From a virus: a stretch of 64,000 nt of DNA. Position 1 is the first letter of the stretch. Each line of letters begins with the position of its first letter. This document shows positions 20,285 through 30,720 of the stretch, in pieces. The notes under the pieces were generated by a model. The model was not told the DNA's origin and searched no databases. It saw nothing but the letters and a program-made list of their open reading frames with translations. The stretch covers positions 1-64,000 of the IMG/VR virus record IMGVR_UViG_3300048834_000258. The stretch is one strand, 5' to 3'. The position numbers and the translations under genes are program-made.

Positions 20285-21073
20285 CTATTCTTCGACGTAA
20301 GTACCTTTCCACCCATAGAAGGTTACTTCTGAGCCGGGAGCCGGAATCGGAAATTTTGGATGTGTCGGAGATCCAAGGTAATCGGCCACGGCATCATACG
20401 GGATACGAATGTATCCCCGCTTGCGCGTGCCGACGATGGCTCGACGCGGTGAGCCGAGCAAACTGACACTTGTCAGGACAGTAAGATCTGCGGTGCTTAC
20501 AAACACAGAGTCAGCATTTACGCATTGCATTTCCGGCTCAATGAACTGGTTCTCCTTGAGTTTCCCCTCCGCCCGCAGCTTCGCTTCCAGCGCCGCCGCG
20601 TCGGTGATGTCCTCGCCGTACACCTGCTGCCAGTCGTTGAGCTTGTAGGCGTGAATGATTTTGAAGTTGATGCCATATTCGCCCGTGAAGTCTTGAGACA
20701 AAGTCGGTCGCCTGCCTGCGTAATGGATCACAGCAAAGGGCCGTCCCGCAGCAACGTCCCCAAACTTCGGCTTCCCATACTTCTCCGGGCAGGGGCAGTG
20801 CTTCGCCCACACGCTCTCGGGCGTAGCGCCTTCGCCGTACTTTTCCTCGATCTCGGTCAACGCCGGGGCGAGGATGAGGACAGGGGCATCACAGGGGTAA
20901 TCGTCGGAAGCGGCAATCACCCGAGGTGCCCACCTCCCTAGCCAATTCTCCCCTTTCTTGGGGGGCCGAAACGCAATTGCCCGAAAGCCGGTTGGGATCG
21001 GTGGGTTGGGGGTTCCGTACTTCTGCTCAACCGTGATCGTTTCCTCAACTTGCACTTTCCAAGGTTCAAACAT
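20285..21073 (-). CDS. FRPP-family repeat protein A (3 repeats), antisense insertion in the late operon
   Basis: Repeats beginning VEQKYG, IEEKYG and WQQVYG; AFRPP..GE..L; GAGG SD. Confidence 0.65.
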   Translation of the reverse strand: MFEPWKVQVEETITVEQKYGTPNPPIPTGFRAIAFRPPKKGENWLGRWAPRVIAASDDYPCDAPVLILAPALTEIEEKYGEGATPESVWAKHCPCPEKYGKPKFGDVAAGRPFAVIHYAGRRPTLSQDFTGEYGINFKIIHAYKLNDWQQVYGEDITDAAALEAKLRAEGKLKENQFIEPEMQCVNADSVFVSTADLTVLTSVSLLGSPRRAIVGTRKRGYIRIPYDAVADYLGSPTHPKFPIPAPGSEVTFYGWKGTYVEE

Positions 21074-21163
21074 GAAATCCTCCTCTGGCGCACAGCGCCG
21101 ATTGACTTACACAGACAGGATAACACGGGTCCACCCGGACTGCAATGGTAAAATAGTAGTAGG

Positions 21164-23578
21164 ATGGCTGAATACCAAGCTCCGACTTTAGATAAAATTC
21201 TAGGTGGTGTGGGCACTGGCGTCGGGCTTGGGACGATGGCCACAACCGCTATGGGGAGTGCTGCGGCCTCCGGGCTGATGGGCGCAACGATGGCGGGGTT
21301 GCTTAGCAACCCGTTTACGGCGGTGGGAGCAGCCCTGCTGCCACTGGCAGCGAAGATGTTTGGTCCGGGGTCCGATGGACCGAAGATGGTGGGGGCAACC
21401 AACTTGGTTGAACCCTACGACAAGCTGCTTACGCAAAGGCGTGATGACTTCCTGAAGAATAGTGCGAATGCTACGCCGGAACAGAAATTACGGTTTGCGG
21501 CGGAACAAGAAGCTATTATTCAGGATATGTTCTCGAAATTCGAGAAATATAAGGATCAGTTAGGGGATATCGGGGCGCGTAGTATTGCTGAACGGCAGGC
21601 GGGCGGCAAGCATGACTTCTACAAATACTATGTGACTCCTATTACTGGTGGCGGGCGAGCCGCAGATTTCGCGCAGGCGAACGGGTTGCAGATGCCGCAA
21701 ATCAGCGGCGTAGGCACCCCCGGAGGGGGAGGTCTCAACCTCACCCAGCGAGTAATGGGTGCTCCCGGAGGGAGCGCGGGTACGGGAATAGGCGGTGCCG
21801 CAGGCACCCCGATTTTGAATTTGGGAGGCGGCTCTGCCGCTAATTGGGCTTTACCAGCAGCGGCGGGAGGTGCGACGATGTTCAGCGGTATTGGTTCGTG
21901 GCTCGGAAATCTTTTCGGAAACCAGGGTTTCCAGCAAGCAATGGGCGCTCTTGCGCCCGCAATTACCGGCATTCTCGGCGGTCTGGGTCAGCGGTCTTCT
22001 AACGATTCGGCTAACGAGACTCTCCAGGGCGCAATCGCAGACCTCCTCGGACGCGGCGATGAGTTTGCCAATTTGTCCGCAGAACAACAGGCACAGGTGG
22101 TCCAAGCTGTTCAGCAGATGCTCGGAGCGGGCGGGGCCACCCCGCAGTTCTCCGCTTTGCAGAGTGATATCGCTCGCACTGGCAGTTCGATGCCCGCGCT
22201 GTTCGGCCAGAACCTTGCGGACCCGCAGGCTATCAACATGCTGCTTCAGAGCATCGCTGATCCTCGGGCGCAAAGCGCCATGACACAGGGGGCTAACATG
22301 GTCGCCTCTGGCGGAATGACTCCTGAACTGGCTCAGTTGTTCCAGACAGCACAGGCGCTCCAGACGGGCAGTTCTGGCCAACAGATGCAGCTTCAATCGT
22401 TGGCAAACGAACTAACCCAAAACGGCGGTACTACGCCCTTCCTCCAAACGCTTATGGGCGCGGGGGCTAGTGCCCTCGGCACTAGAGGGATGACGCCGGA
22501 GATCCAGCAGGCACTCGGCCCGTTTATGTCGCTCTTGCAGAGCGGCGGTAAGAATGCCGAAAATACCGCGCTGTTTGGGCGCGGCATGGACCTCTTCAAC
22601 CGGGAAGCCTTGCTTCCTATGTCGAAGGTTATTGGCATCGCTGGTGACCAAGCGGGTAGAGCCGTCCTCGATCAGTATGAGCAGGTACGGCGCGAAGCGC
22701 AGCAGCGTGGCGGTGGCCCTGGAGCCGTGGTTGGCTCGGGGAGTGCCAACGATGCGCGGGCCGAGTTTGGAGACCGGGCAGCAGCAGCTATTGCGAAGGC
22801 ACAGCAAGACGCAATGATGGGCCAGCAGGGGCTGCAACTGCAACAGCAGGCGACTGGTGCCGGAGCCGCAGGCCAAGGGGCTTCACTGATGGCGCAGCTT
22901 CTCGGAATGGGCCAGAGCGGCGTATCCAACCTTCTGAGCACAGCCGCAGGGCGCGAAGGCACTCTGGGCCAGTTGGGAGCCGCAGGTCAGCAGCAGGCCA
23001 ATGCCCGGACGGGCATGGGTGGAGATTTCCTCAACACCATCATGCAAATTGCCCTGGGCGGCGGACAGTTGGGAGCCTCTGCTGCGGGACAGCAGACGGG
23101 GCGCATTAACGCTGGTGGTAACATTGTGCAAGGCATGGGCCAATTGCAGCAGAGCGGCCTCGATTCGATTGTGAAGAATCTGCTGCAAGGTTCGCAGTTG
23201 GGGATCCAGCAGGGAACAGCTTTGGGCAATTTGCTCAATACAAACCAGGAGCTTCTGTCTCGGAACGAGATTGGACGGATGTCCAATATCAATTCGCTGC
23301 TTTCGTTGCTAACACAAATGAGCGGGCAGAATTTGAGTACAGCGAGTGGGCTGTATCAGGGTTCGACAGGACTACAAACACCGCTGGCAACTGGACAGCG
23401 AAACTCGCCTATTAGTGATGCGCTAACGGCTCTTGGACCTGGACTAGCTCAGTGGTTCGGTAATCGGATGTCTATTCCTACTGCGAGTACGCCGGGAATT
23501 GTACCCACTCCCAATGCAACGGTAGCGCCCTATGTGACATCACTACCTAAACTTCCGGGATTTAATCCGACTTCGTAG
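21164..23578 (+). CDS. Internal virion / DNA ejection protein
   Basis: 804 aa, extremely G/A/Q/L-rich, after the tail genes; own TGG-TAAAAT promoter. Confidence 0.65.
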   Translation: MAEYQAPTLDKILGGVGTGVGLGTMATTAMGSAAASGLMGATMAGLLSNPFTAVGAALLPLAAKMFGPGSDGPKMVGATNLVEPYDKLLTQRRDDFLKNSANATPEQKLRFAAEQEAIIQDMFSKFEKYKDQLGDIGARSIAERQAGGKHDFYKYYVTPITGGGRAADFAQANGLQMPQISGVGTPGGGGLNLTQRVMGAPGGSAGTGIGGAAGTPILNLGGGSAANWALPAAAGGATMFSGIGSWLGNLFGNQGFQQAMGALAPAITGILGGLGQRSSNDSANETLQGAIADLLGRGDEFANLSAEQQAQVVQAVQQMLGAGGATPQFSALQSDIARTGSSMPALFGQNLADPQAINMLLQSIADPRAQSAMTQGANMVASGGMTPELAQLFQTAQALQTGSSGQQMQLQSLANELTQNGGTTPFLQTLMGAGASALGTRGMTPEIQQALGPFMSLLQSGGKNAENTALFGRGMDLFNREALLPMSKVIGIAGDQAGRAVLDQYEQVRREAQQRGGGPGAVVGSGSANDARAEFGDRAAAAIAKAQQDAMMGQQGLQLQQQATGAGAAGQGASLMAQLLGMGQSGVSNLLSTAAGREGTLGQLGAAGQQQANARTGMGGDFLNTIMQIALGGGQLGASAAGQQTGRINAGGNIVQGMGQLQQSGLDSIVKNLLQGSQLGIQQGTALGNLLNTNQELLSRNEIGRMSNINSLLSLLTQMSGQNLSTASGLYQGSTGLQTPLATGQRNSPISDALTALGPGLAQWFGNRMSIPTASTPGIVPTPNATVAPYVTSLPKLPGFNPTS

Positions 23579-23586
23579 GAGCTAAT

Positions 23587-25443
23587 ATGGCGTTCAACTT
23601 TACACAACTCGCGGAAATGATGAACCCTCAAGCTCCTCAACCTGCGCCTATGGCACAGCAGGCGGCAGCACAGCAGGCAGCGGCGGAATTGGAGTTCCAG
23701 CAAATGCTGGCAAAGATCCGCGAACACCAAGAGGCTCAGCGCCAAGCTCAGTTGGCCGAAACTAGCCAGCAGTTTGATCCTATTATCGAACGGATGCGTG
23801 GTAACGTTGAAACGGCTACGCAGCCGGTTCCGCAGGGAAGCCGTCTCGGCGACTTGGGCGAGATCATTGCGAATGCTTTCTATACTGCTAGGTTCAACGA
23901 ACGGCTGAAGACACCCTACGAGCGCCGACAGGCGGAAGCCGGAACCCGCCAGCAGCAAGAGATGAACGCGCTAGCGCAAATGCGGCTGATGATGGAGGGC
24001 AAGTCCAAGGCAGAGGATCGAATTTCCCAGTCGTTTGATGACCGCACAAAAGCGGAGATGGACGCAGCCGCTAAGCTGTGGAAAGCTCGTCAAGACATGG
24101 AGAAAGCTGCTCGTGCTGCACAGCAGCGGGACCGAGGTTTGGATATTTCTCAAGCGAGATTAGAAGATACTCAGAAGCGCACTGGTATTATGGAAGGTCG
24201 TGCTGAGGATGATATTGGCAATCAAGCTGATGTTCTCGTCCAACAGAAGTATCCTCGTTTGAAAAAGGGATCTGCTGAGTATGTGGCTCGTCATGCGGAG
24301 GAGTTTGATGCTATTCGCAGAAATCGCCAAGGCTCTAAAATCCTCTCGCAGCAAACATTCGATGCGGGCCTAAATCCCGTCATCGACATTATGCGAGTAC
24401 CTCCGGTGCCTATCTCCGTCACACCAACACAACAGCCGAAGGCCGCAGCCGCTCCTACGAAACAATTAGGCGGGCAGGCTCGACCCTCGATCCCAGCACC
24501 GGCTCCCCCGGCTAATGCGTCTCCGAGACCTCTAGTGTCTGAACGCACGCTACTGTCGGCTTCGGAATTACCCAACACAAATAACAAAAGCTGGTGGGTT
24601 CGTAGAAACATTACCGACGGAGCGCCAAAAGTCTGGTTCAATTCAGGAAGACGCCACAAAGCACAGTCGCTTAAAGTAGTGCAAGACCACCAAGCGTTGC
24701 TCGATCTCAACAACTCTATGTTGTCGGCGGTCGGGCGTATTGTGGAAAAGGGAGGAGCCGAATATTTCTCACCGGCCCACCCTCGAAATATTATGGGACT
24801 TCTAGCGGCTCCTGTAACTGAACCTGGAGTGGCCGAGGATCTCTACGACCGGGGCTGGAGTATTCTGAAATCGGTCATGTCTCCAAAAGCAGGAGGCGAG
24901 AATTCACTGCCTCCTCAAGTTCGAGATTTGGTGATGGACTTGCGGGAGAATCTCAACAAAGCCATCAAACTACAGACTGGCGCTGCTGGTTCGTTTCAGG
25001 AATACAAACGTATCAGTTTGACGCAACCTGCGGAAAGCGATAGCTTGCACGAGTTAGCTCGAAAGTTCGTAAAGAATCAAATAGCAGTTTCTTTGAATCT
25101 CGGCTTGCTGGATGTATACACTACAGGCAAGGGTCAGTTGTCCGACAAGCAACTAGAATCGTTCCGCCAATACCATGCCGTTATTGCGGAGAAGATGAGC
25201 CAATCATTGGTTAATGGCAACCTTTCTGGGGCTGAATTGGAGGAGGCGTTTAAGCCCGAAACCTTAATCGAAGGGGCACTTCTCTACAGTCAAGCCAAAG
25301 AACGGGGGCCTGAGTTCGCCGATCAAGTTCTGGCGGATATGGTTCGCGGCATTGAAGCCATTCAGAAGAAGAAGTCTAATGTCATCGATAGGATGAAAAA
25401 AGCCAACACATCTGAAGGTGAGTTCGCGGAGTTCAACAACTAG
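23587..25443 (+). CDS. Internal virion / ejection protein
   Basis: Helical, Q/A-rich; AGGAG SD; position. Confidence 0.55.
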   Translation: MAFNFTQLAEMMNPQAPQPAPMAQQAAAQQAAAELEFQQMLAKIREHQEAQRQAQLAETSQQFDPIIERMRGNVETATQPVPQGSRLGDLGEIIANAFYTARFNERLKTPYERRQAEAGTRQQQEMNALAQMRLMMEGKSKAEDRISQSFDDRTKAEMDAAAKLWKARQDMEKAARAAQQRDRGLDISQARLEDTQKRTGIMEGRAEDDIGNQADVLVQQKYPRLKKGSAEYVARHAEEFDAIRRNRQGSKILSQQTFDAGLNPVIDIMRVPPVPISVTPTQQPKAAAAPTKQLGGQARPSIPAPAPPANASPRPLVSERTLLSASELPNTNNKSWWVRRNITDGAPKVWFNSGRRHKAQSLKVVQDHQALLDLNNSMLSAVGRIVEKGGAEYFSPAHPRNIMGLLAAPVTEPGVAEDLYDRGWSILKSVMSPKAGGENSLPPQVRDLVMDLRENLNKAIKLQTGAAGSFQEYKRISLTQPAESDSLHELARKFVKNQIAVSLNLGLLDVYTTGKGQLSDKQLESFRQYHAVIAEKMSQSLVNGNLSGAELEEAFKPETLIEGALLYSQAKERGPEFADQVLADMVRGIEAIQKKKSNVIDRMKKANTSEGEFAEFNN

Positions 25444-25452
25444 GAGTAATCT

Positions 25453-27870
25453 ATGCCCATCATTGGCGGCGGTATTGTTTCGGAGCAAAAAGCGCAAGAG
25501 CGTGAAGAGAAATTTCGCCGGTTTCAGCAACAACTGAAACTATACAAGACCATGCCGCCCGAAGCCCGCAAGGAATTCCTCGTCAAAAAGATGGGAATGT
25601 CGGAATTGGCCGAGGTTTCTCCCGAAGAGGCGGCTTTGAAATTCGACGAGATTTACGCCAAGAAAGCGGACGCTCCAGGACCGGATCTTACTGCTAATCC
25701 TATGTGGATGATTTCTGGAACTGACCCAGTTAGCCCCGGAACTGCCGCAACCCGCCTAGGTCTAGGCACAGCGGGAGCCGCTGCTACTGCTTTTTTGCCA
25801 GGTCCCTTTAAGGGGGCTGGGATGTCTCTGCTAGCTTCGGCCCCTTTTACTTCTCCAGATTCCGCACCGGCTGATGTAGCAAGTGCTGCCGTCAATGCTA
25901 TCCCAGCGGGACGCGGCGGCTTTATTATGCAAACCCTCAAAAATATGTTTCTGGGCGGGGCCGAGGGAGTTGCCCGTAAAGCCTTTGGGGATGAACAGGC
26001 CAGTCCTGCCCTTCAAGCGGGACTAGGTGCTGCGTCAGGGCTAGCCCAAGGTACTGTGCCGTGGATGGCTCGCGCCATTCCGGGCAAGGGACGAGAGATG
26101 GCCGAAGATATACTCTTCCAGTCACGCTCCAAACTTAAGCCTGCTGGAGAAAAAGCTATTCCCCAAAAAGAAGCTGTGCGTATGCTTACTCAACGACCCG
26201 AGTACATGGCACAGGTAGACCAAGCCCTAGGCCAACCGGGCCTCGCCGCTTCCACAGCAGCCCCGGCTAGCCTTGTTCCCGAAGACGTTCTCAAGTATAT
26301 GCGAAGTTTGGAGGAAACCGCTAAGGGTAGCGTGCAAGTCGCGCCTTTGCCGAAGCGGCCCACTATCAAACCCTTCAAGGAAACACCGACCTATAATAGA
26401 GGCGTTAGTCCTCTGGCCAAAGGTACCGAAGACGAGGTAGTTGAAGAATTTATTGGAGGTGGGCGTATCACACTAGAGCCTGGAACTGCTTCAGTATCTC
26501 GTCAGTCCCTTGGAGTCGGCTTTAATCCCGACCTCATGTACACTAGACTTCTGGGGCAAATTACCCAGAATAAGAAATATGCAGTTGAAGCGCAGGCAGC
26601 TTTGCAAGCCTTGGATTACATGAACGACGCAGTATTTGGTGATGCTAAAGGGGCAGACGCTGTATTGGAAGTAGCCAATAAGCACAAGCTCTTTAGCAAT
26701 GTGAAAAATTTCCCCTCCCGTGCTTCTATCGATGCCGCTGCGGAAGATTTGGCCGAAGCCTCCAATTTTGACAAGACTTCAGCCGTTGCCGTACTTGAAC
26801 ACGCTGTTAAGTACGGACGCGGCGAAGGCACGCTCAAAAAGCTGGTGGATAAGGTCGGCAAGGAAACCGACCAAGGTATCCGCGCTCTTATTGACGAGAC
26901 TAAAATGCCGGGGGAGACAGTCGAAACTGTTATTCCGGGGCAAGCACCTAAGTTCGACCTTGCGGATAATACCGCGTATGAAATGCGCGTAGCACCTATG
27001 CGGCAGCAGGCTGCTCAGCGCACGGAAGAAGCTAATGCCAAAATCGCGGCAGAGAATGCTTTCAAACAAGAGCAAGCGCAGGTGGCCAACGCGCGAAACA
27101 TTGCGCAATTCAAGCAGAAGCTAGAAAAGTTTGACGCAATTCGCCAAACTCGTGAGAGCTTGGGGTTGCCGGGGATTCTCCCAAAAGGAGATGAACTGGC
27201 AAAGCCGATCACCTCGGGAGGAGATTCTCAGGATATTGTTCATTCTCTAGGGAAACTGTTTGAGACGGTGGAGAAAGAAATTCCCAAAGATCTTCCCCGT
27301 ACTCGTCAGTTGATGATTCAACAGATGTTGGCAAAGGTTCGAGACGCCAAACTTACTAAGGATATGGTCAAGCGTCTCAAGCCCCCGGACGGCATTGGGG
27401 TACTCCCCGACGACCAGATTGATCCTAAGACCGCAGGGCTTTCTTGGGAATACCTAAAGACGCTGACAGGCGAAACCGAAGTTCCTGACAGCCAAGCCAC
27501 GGCAGCTTTGGGCTTGTCTGCCGTGCTTCGGGACGAACAACTTCTCAACGCAATTGCCCAGGGAGACCGAGAGACTGTCTGGCTTAGTACCAAACTGTCG
27601 ATTATCGGCGTTCGTTTCCGCGAATTGCTCAAAGCCGATCCTTCGGGAGCCGTCGAACGTTACATGAAAGCCACTCCCGAGCAAATCAAAGCCATGGGCA
27701 CTCGCCTTAACACAACACTGCCCATGCTTCGTTCCGGGATGCGTGTAGGTGTGGGGGAAATATCTCGAAGTACAGAAGGCGAAGGCCAACGTCAAACCAT
27801 TCTGGACACAGTTGCCAAGAAGTTCAAGGGTGCGAAAAATCGGCAGAAGATTGTAGATCGGTTGCCTTAA
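25453..27870 (+). CDS. Internal virion / ejection protein
   Basis: 805 aa, A-rich with GxA helices; last late gene of the block. Confidence 0.55.
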   Translation: MPIIGGGIVSEQKAQEREEKFRRFQQQLKLYKTMPPEARKEFLVKKMGMSELAEVSPEEAALKFDEIYAKKADAPGPDLTANPMWMISGTDPVSPGTAATRLGLGTAGAAATAFLPGPFKGAGMSLLASAPFTSPDSAPADVASAAVNAIPAGRGGFIMQTLKNMFLGGAEGVARKAFGDEQASPALQAGLGAASGLAQGTVPWMARAIPGKGREMAEDILFQSRSKLKPAGEKAIPQKEAVRMLTQRPEYMAQVDQALGQPGLAASTAAPASLVPEDVLKYMRSLEETAKGSVQVAPLPKRPTIKPFKETPTYNRGVSPLAKGTEDEVVEEFIGGGRITLEPGTASVSRQSLGVGFNPDLMYTRLLGQITQNKKYAVEAQAALQALDYMNDAVFGDAKGADAVLEVANKHKLFSNVKNFPSRASIDAAAEDLAEASNFDKTSAVAVLEHAVKYGRGEGTLKKLVDKVGKETDQGIRALIDETKMPGETVETVIPGQAPKFDLADNTAYEMRVAPMRQQAAQRTEEANAKIAAENAFKQEQAQVANARNIAQFKQKLEKFDAIRQTRESLGLPGILPKGDELAKPITSGGDSQDIVHSLGKLFETVEKEIPKDLPRTRQLMIQQMLAKVRDAKLTKDMVKRLKPPDGIGVLPDDQIDPKTAGLSWEYLKTLTGETEVPDSQATAALGLSAVLRDEQLLNAIAQGDRETVWLSTKLSIIGVRFRELLKADPSGAVERYMKATPEQIKAMGTRLNTTLPMLRSGMRVGVGEISRSTEGEGQRQTILDTVAKKFKGAKNRQKIVDRLP

Positions 27871-27873
27871 TTG

Positions 27874-27960
27874 TGGTATGCTTGTTGTAGACACCAACCC
27901 CACGAGAGGACAGACGCCGACGCCCGTTGGCTCTGTCCTTTTGTGTTTTCTGTGCGTTTT
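27874..27960 (+). ncRNA. GTTGTAGAC-family unit 3
   Basis: TGG-TATGCT-TGTTGTAGACACCAACCC, stem CACGAGAGGACAGA/TCTGTCCTTTTGTG, then T-tract. Confidence 0.55.
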
Positions 27961-27977
27961 CGATTTGGGAATAGCGA

Positions 27978-28121
27978 ATGAGACGAGTGCCTAGAAACCC
28001 CTACGTGAAGGCCGTCAAAAATAGAAGTGGCGCGGGTCCCCACAAGTTCAACCGCAAAGCGGCCCTTGCCGAAATCCGCGCCAAAGAAGCCTCCAAAGAA
28101 GCCGAACGCTGGAGGCGCTAG
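27978..28121 (+). CDS. Small basic protein (47 aa, below the ORF-track cutoff)
   Basis: MRRVPRNPYVKAVKNRSGAGPHK...; stop overlaps the convergent gene's stop. Confidence 0.5.
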   Translation: MRRVPRNPYVKAVKNRSGAGPHKFNRKAALAEIRAKEASKEAERWRR

Positions 28122-28819
28122 AGCGCTTCGCGCTCTTCGACTTTTCCTGCCAAAAGTCCCGTTTTACCTTTGCGGAGACCGCCGAGAACCACCCACTGGA
28201 GGCATCCGACTTCTGGATTGGGGACCACAGTATAAGTCGTCTTAGCAACCTCATCGAAATCGAAAACCAGGACGCGCTTTTTGCGCGGCTGCTTCGGACG
28301 CACGATATAGACGGGCTTGCCTCCGGCCTCGTAGTTCTGTGCGCCGTCTATCGTACCGTAGATCCAAAACTCTTCTGGGTCGATGAAGGCGCAGGTCTCC
28401 TTGTCTCGCAACTTGCGAAACTCAACCACTTCCCACTCGTTGCCGTCTCGACTAGCCATAGCGTCGTCAGACTTGCCCACTGCGTTCCGTGCATGATTGG
28501 AGGCTCGTGGACACTTCGCCAGCGCGTCTGCGCCGGTCTTGATGCCTTTGCCGTAGGTGCGCTCGCTCTCGTTGAGGTCTTCTACCACAATCAAGCGCGG
28601 GCCGTAAGGTCCCTTGTCGCCCTTCTCCTTCGTGGCAATCTTGCCGTCGGGAGTCAGGTAAGTGTCCCCTAAAGAGGGGACGCGGAAGTTGGGTACACAG
28701 GGGGCCTTGCTATACCCCAAGGAACTCAGGTAGACTGCGATAGACACCCCCAAATCCTTTACCAATTCCGAATAGACCTCCCCAAACCAAACAGAAACAC
28801 AGTTAGATGGTGTAAGCAT
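28118..28819 (-). CDS. FRPP-family repeat protein C (2 repeats)
   Basis: NFRVPSLGDTYL...GPRLIV, ERTYG, VEFRKL...PVYIVRP..KKRVLVF. Confidence 0.6.
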   Translation of the reverse strand: MLTPSNCVSVWFGEVYSELVKDLGVSIAVYLSSLGYSKAPCVPNFRVPSLGDTYLTPDGKIATKEKGDKGPYGPRLIVVEDLNESERTYGKGIKTGADALAKCPRASNHARNAVGKSDDAMASRDGNEWEVVEFRKLRDKETCAFIDPEEFWIYGTIDGAQNYEAGGKPVYIVRPKQPRKKRVLVFDFDEVAKTTYTVVPNPEVGCLQWVVLGGLRKGKTGLLAGKVEEREAL

Positions 28820-28831
28820 CTCAAAACCCTC

Positions 28832-29077
28832 CTATGTGAGAATGACTTTCAGTTCTTTGGCGTCTACGAGTACTTCGCGTACCGTTTCGCCAAAGTGGAT
28901 TGCGTTCACCGCGCCAAAGGCGGTGCTCTGCACCTTTACAGTGCGGAGTTGACATAATTCGCCGTCGTGGTAACGGAAGCGAGTTTGAGCGCCCAACTGG
29001 CGGCGGTCGATGTAGTAGATCGGCGCGTGGCTGGGCACTTCTTCAAGAGCTTTCAGAAGGTCGGCTTTCGTCATCAC
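28832..29077 (-). CDS. Hypothetical protein, apparently leaderless
   Basis: TTGCAT-17-GAAACT-6 nt-GTG. Confidence 0.55.
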   Translation of the reverse strand: MMTKADLLKALEEVPSHAPIYYIDRRQLGAQTRFRYHDGELCQLRTVKVQSTAFGAVNAIHFGETVREVLVDAKELKVILT

Positions 29078-29110
29078 AAAACCAGTTTCGCACAGAAAAG
29101 CGAAAAATGC

Positions 29111-29177
29111 AAACGAAAAAGGCAGGCCACTTTCGCGGCACTGCCTCTTCCGGGGTTGGTCTACAACCAGTATAGCA
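29111..29177 (-). ncRNA. GTTGTAGAC-family unit 4
   Basis: TGC-TATACT-GGTTGTAGACCAACCCC, stem GAAGAGGCAG..GCCGC-GAAA-GTGGC-CTGCCTTTTTC. Confidence 0.6.
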
Positions 29178-29178
29178 T

Positions 29179-29222
29179 AAAAAGCGAACGGCCCTCCGGG
29201 TACCAGTCGAAGGGCCGCTCAC
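29179..29222 (-). terminator. Terminator ending the replication operon
   Basis: AGCGGCCCTTCG...CGGAGGGCCGTT-CGC-TTTTT. Confidence 0.65.
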
Positions 29223-29344
29223 AAGCGAAATTCTCACAAATTGTATGGTCACCCTAACAACAGGTTATAGGGACTTCCTTTCCGGTCCTATCGGACCCTT
29301 TGAGATTAGTGCCTTAGCACACTCTCAGAATAACGCCGCAGGGG

Positions 29345-30187
29345 TTAAATGTCAAACGGAAAAGATTCGCAGAGGTCGTAAAGGGGAGCTTTGTAGGAGT
29401 TCTGGACGTAGAGGACGCGGGAGAGGTTGTAGGCGTTCACTTCGAGGTAGAAGTCTTCTGGGGATTCGCCCTGGCGGGTTTGGACGCGCATTTCGAGGTA
29501 CCAGCTACAGTGAGAGGAGTGGTGCCGTTTGGAGGCGCTGACGAGCGTGTCCGGGTTGCCCACCCACTGGGAGGCCCCTCGGAAGTTGTGGATGTCGAGG
29601 GTGTCTGCGTTGCGGCTGGTTTCGTCGGTGCCCGGTTTGCGGAAGTGATGGGCGATGATGGCGGAAGCGCCTGGGTGCTTCAGGAGAGCTTCGTCTAGGT
29701 GCGCGTAGAACTGACGTACTACTTGGTTTGAAGAATCGTCGCCCTCTAACATGCGGCCCACGGGGTCGAGGATCACGATGTCCGGTTGTGCTTCGCCCAT
29801 TAGCTGGAGGAGCAGTTTGTACCCTTCGTAGGTGTCCAGTTTGAATTCTGGTATTTTTGAGACGTAGGTGAAGCCCTCCAGTTGTTCGGGCGTTAGACCG
29901 CGCAAGAGGCGCTTCAAACGTTTCTGGAGGCCCCATTCGCCGAGTTCCTGTTCGAAGTAGAGGATGCGAGGCTTGGCCTCCGGGAGAAAGTCTGGATGGC
30001 CGTAGATGGGATTTCCAAGGGCGAAGTCCCGGATGTTTTCGAGGATGCAGAAGGACTTGCCCACTTTAGCGCCAGCGCCTAAGAGGAGCGTGCCGCCTTT
30101 GGGGAGGTACGACGGACCAGCCCACGTTGCGTTTGTGGGTAGGTCCGCCGCTACGAGTTGTGCAAGCGACTTGACTTGCGGGGGCAT
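29345..30187 (-). CDS. RecA-fold AAA_25 / RepA-like helicase (no fused primase)
   Basis: GAKVGKS, ILYFEQE, DIVILDP, IIAHHFRK, FRGAS. Confidence 0.8.
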   Translation of the reverse strand: MPPQVKSLAQLVAADLPTNATWAGPSYLPKGGTLLLGAGAKVGKSFCILENIRDFALGNPIYGHPDFLPEAKPRILYFEQELGEWGLQKRLKRLLRGLTPEQLEGFTYVSKIPEFKLDTYEGYKLLLQLMGEAQPDIVILDPVGRMLEGDDSSNQVVRQFYAHLDEALLKHPGASAIIAHHFRKPGTDETSRNADTLDIHNFRGASQWVGNPDTLVSASKRHHSSHCSWYLEMRVQTRQGESPEDFYLEVNAYNLSRVLYVQNSYKAPLYDLCESFPFDI

Positions 30188-30694
30188 TTAGCTGTTGACC
30201 TTCCCTTCCACGGAAGGAAACTTCTCCAAGATGCGAGCGAATAGGGAGGGTGGCGGGGGCGCAAAGGTGGTAGCGGTCGGAACCGAAGGTTCTTCGATGT
30301 CCGCAGCCGTAGGCTGGTCGTGTTCGATGTATTCGTCCAGGATACCGAAGTCTTCGGGGAGTGGGTAGTTGCCGAAGATGCCAGCTTCTGCGAGTTCCCC
30401 CAGGTGGCCGCGCAAGTAGAGGAAATAGACGAGTATGTTTAGGTTGGCAGCACAATGGCCAATATGTTCGGCTGCTTTTTCTGGCTCTTCGATGAGGCCG
30501 TAGAGGTGTTCAAGCGCGTGGGTATAGCAGCTTTTGATGAACTCCGGGCCACCGGAACGGTAGTTGTACTCGCCCTTAGATTTACGACCCTCGGTCATCG
30601 CTTCGGCAACAAGCCGATTGAATTGAGGGTTGACCAGATGATAGTCAGGCTTAGCCTCAGAACGAGCGGCTCCGCCTTCGTATGAAACGGACAT
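30188..30694 (-). CDS. dATP/dGTP diphosphohydrolase (DUF5664-like)
   Basis: GGA.R...KPDYHLV...VAEAMTEG...NYR.G...HIGHCAAN. Confidence 0.75.
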   Translation of the reverse strand: MSVSYEGGAARSEAKPDYHLVNPQFNRLVAEAMTEGRKSKGEYNYRSGGPEFIKSCYTHALEHLYGLIEEPEKAAEHIGHCAANLNILVYFLYLRGHLGELAEAGIFGNYPLPEDFGILDEYIEHDQPTAADIEEPSVPTATTFAPPPPSLFARILEKFPSVEGKVNS

Positions 30695-30720
30695 GGTGTC
30701 TCCTTCTGTAGCCCTCCGGG

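Noticed and set aside
21164-27870. N4-like virion RNA polymerase to explain the hairpin promoters
   Set aside because: The proteins are far too short and show no RNAP catalytic motifs.
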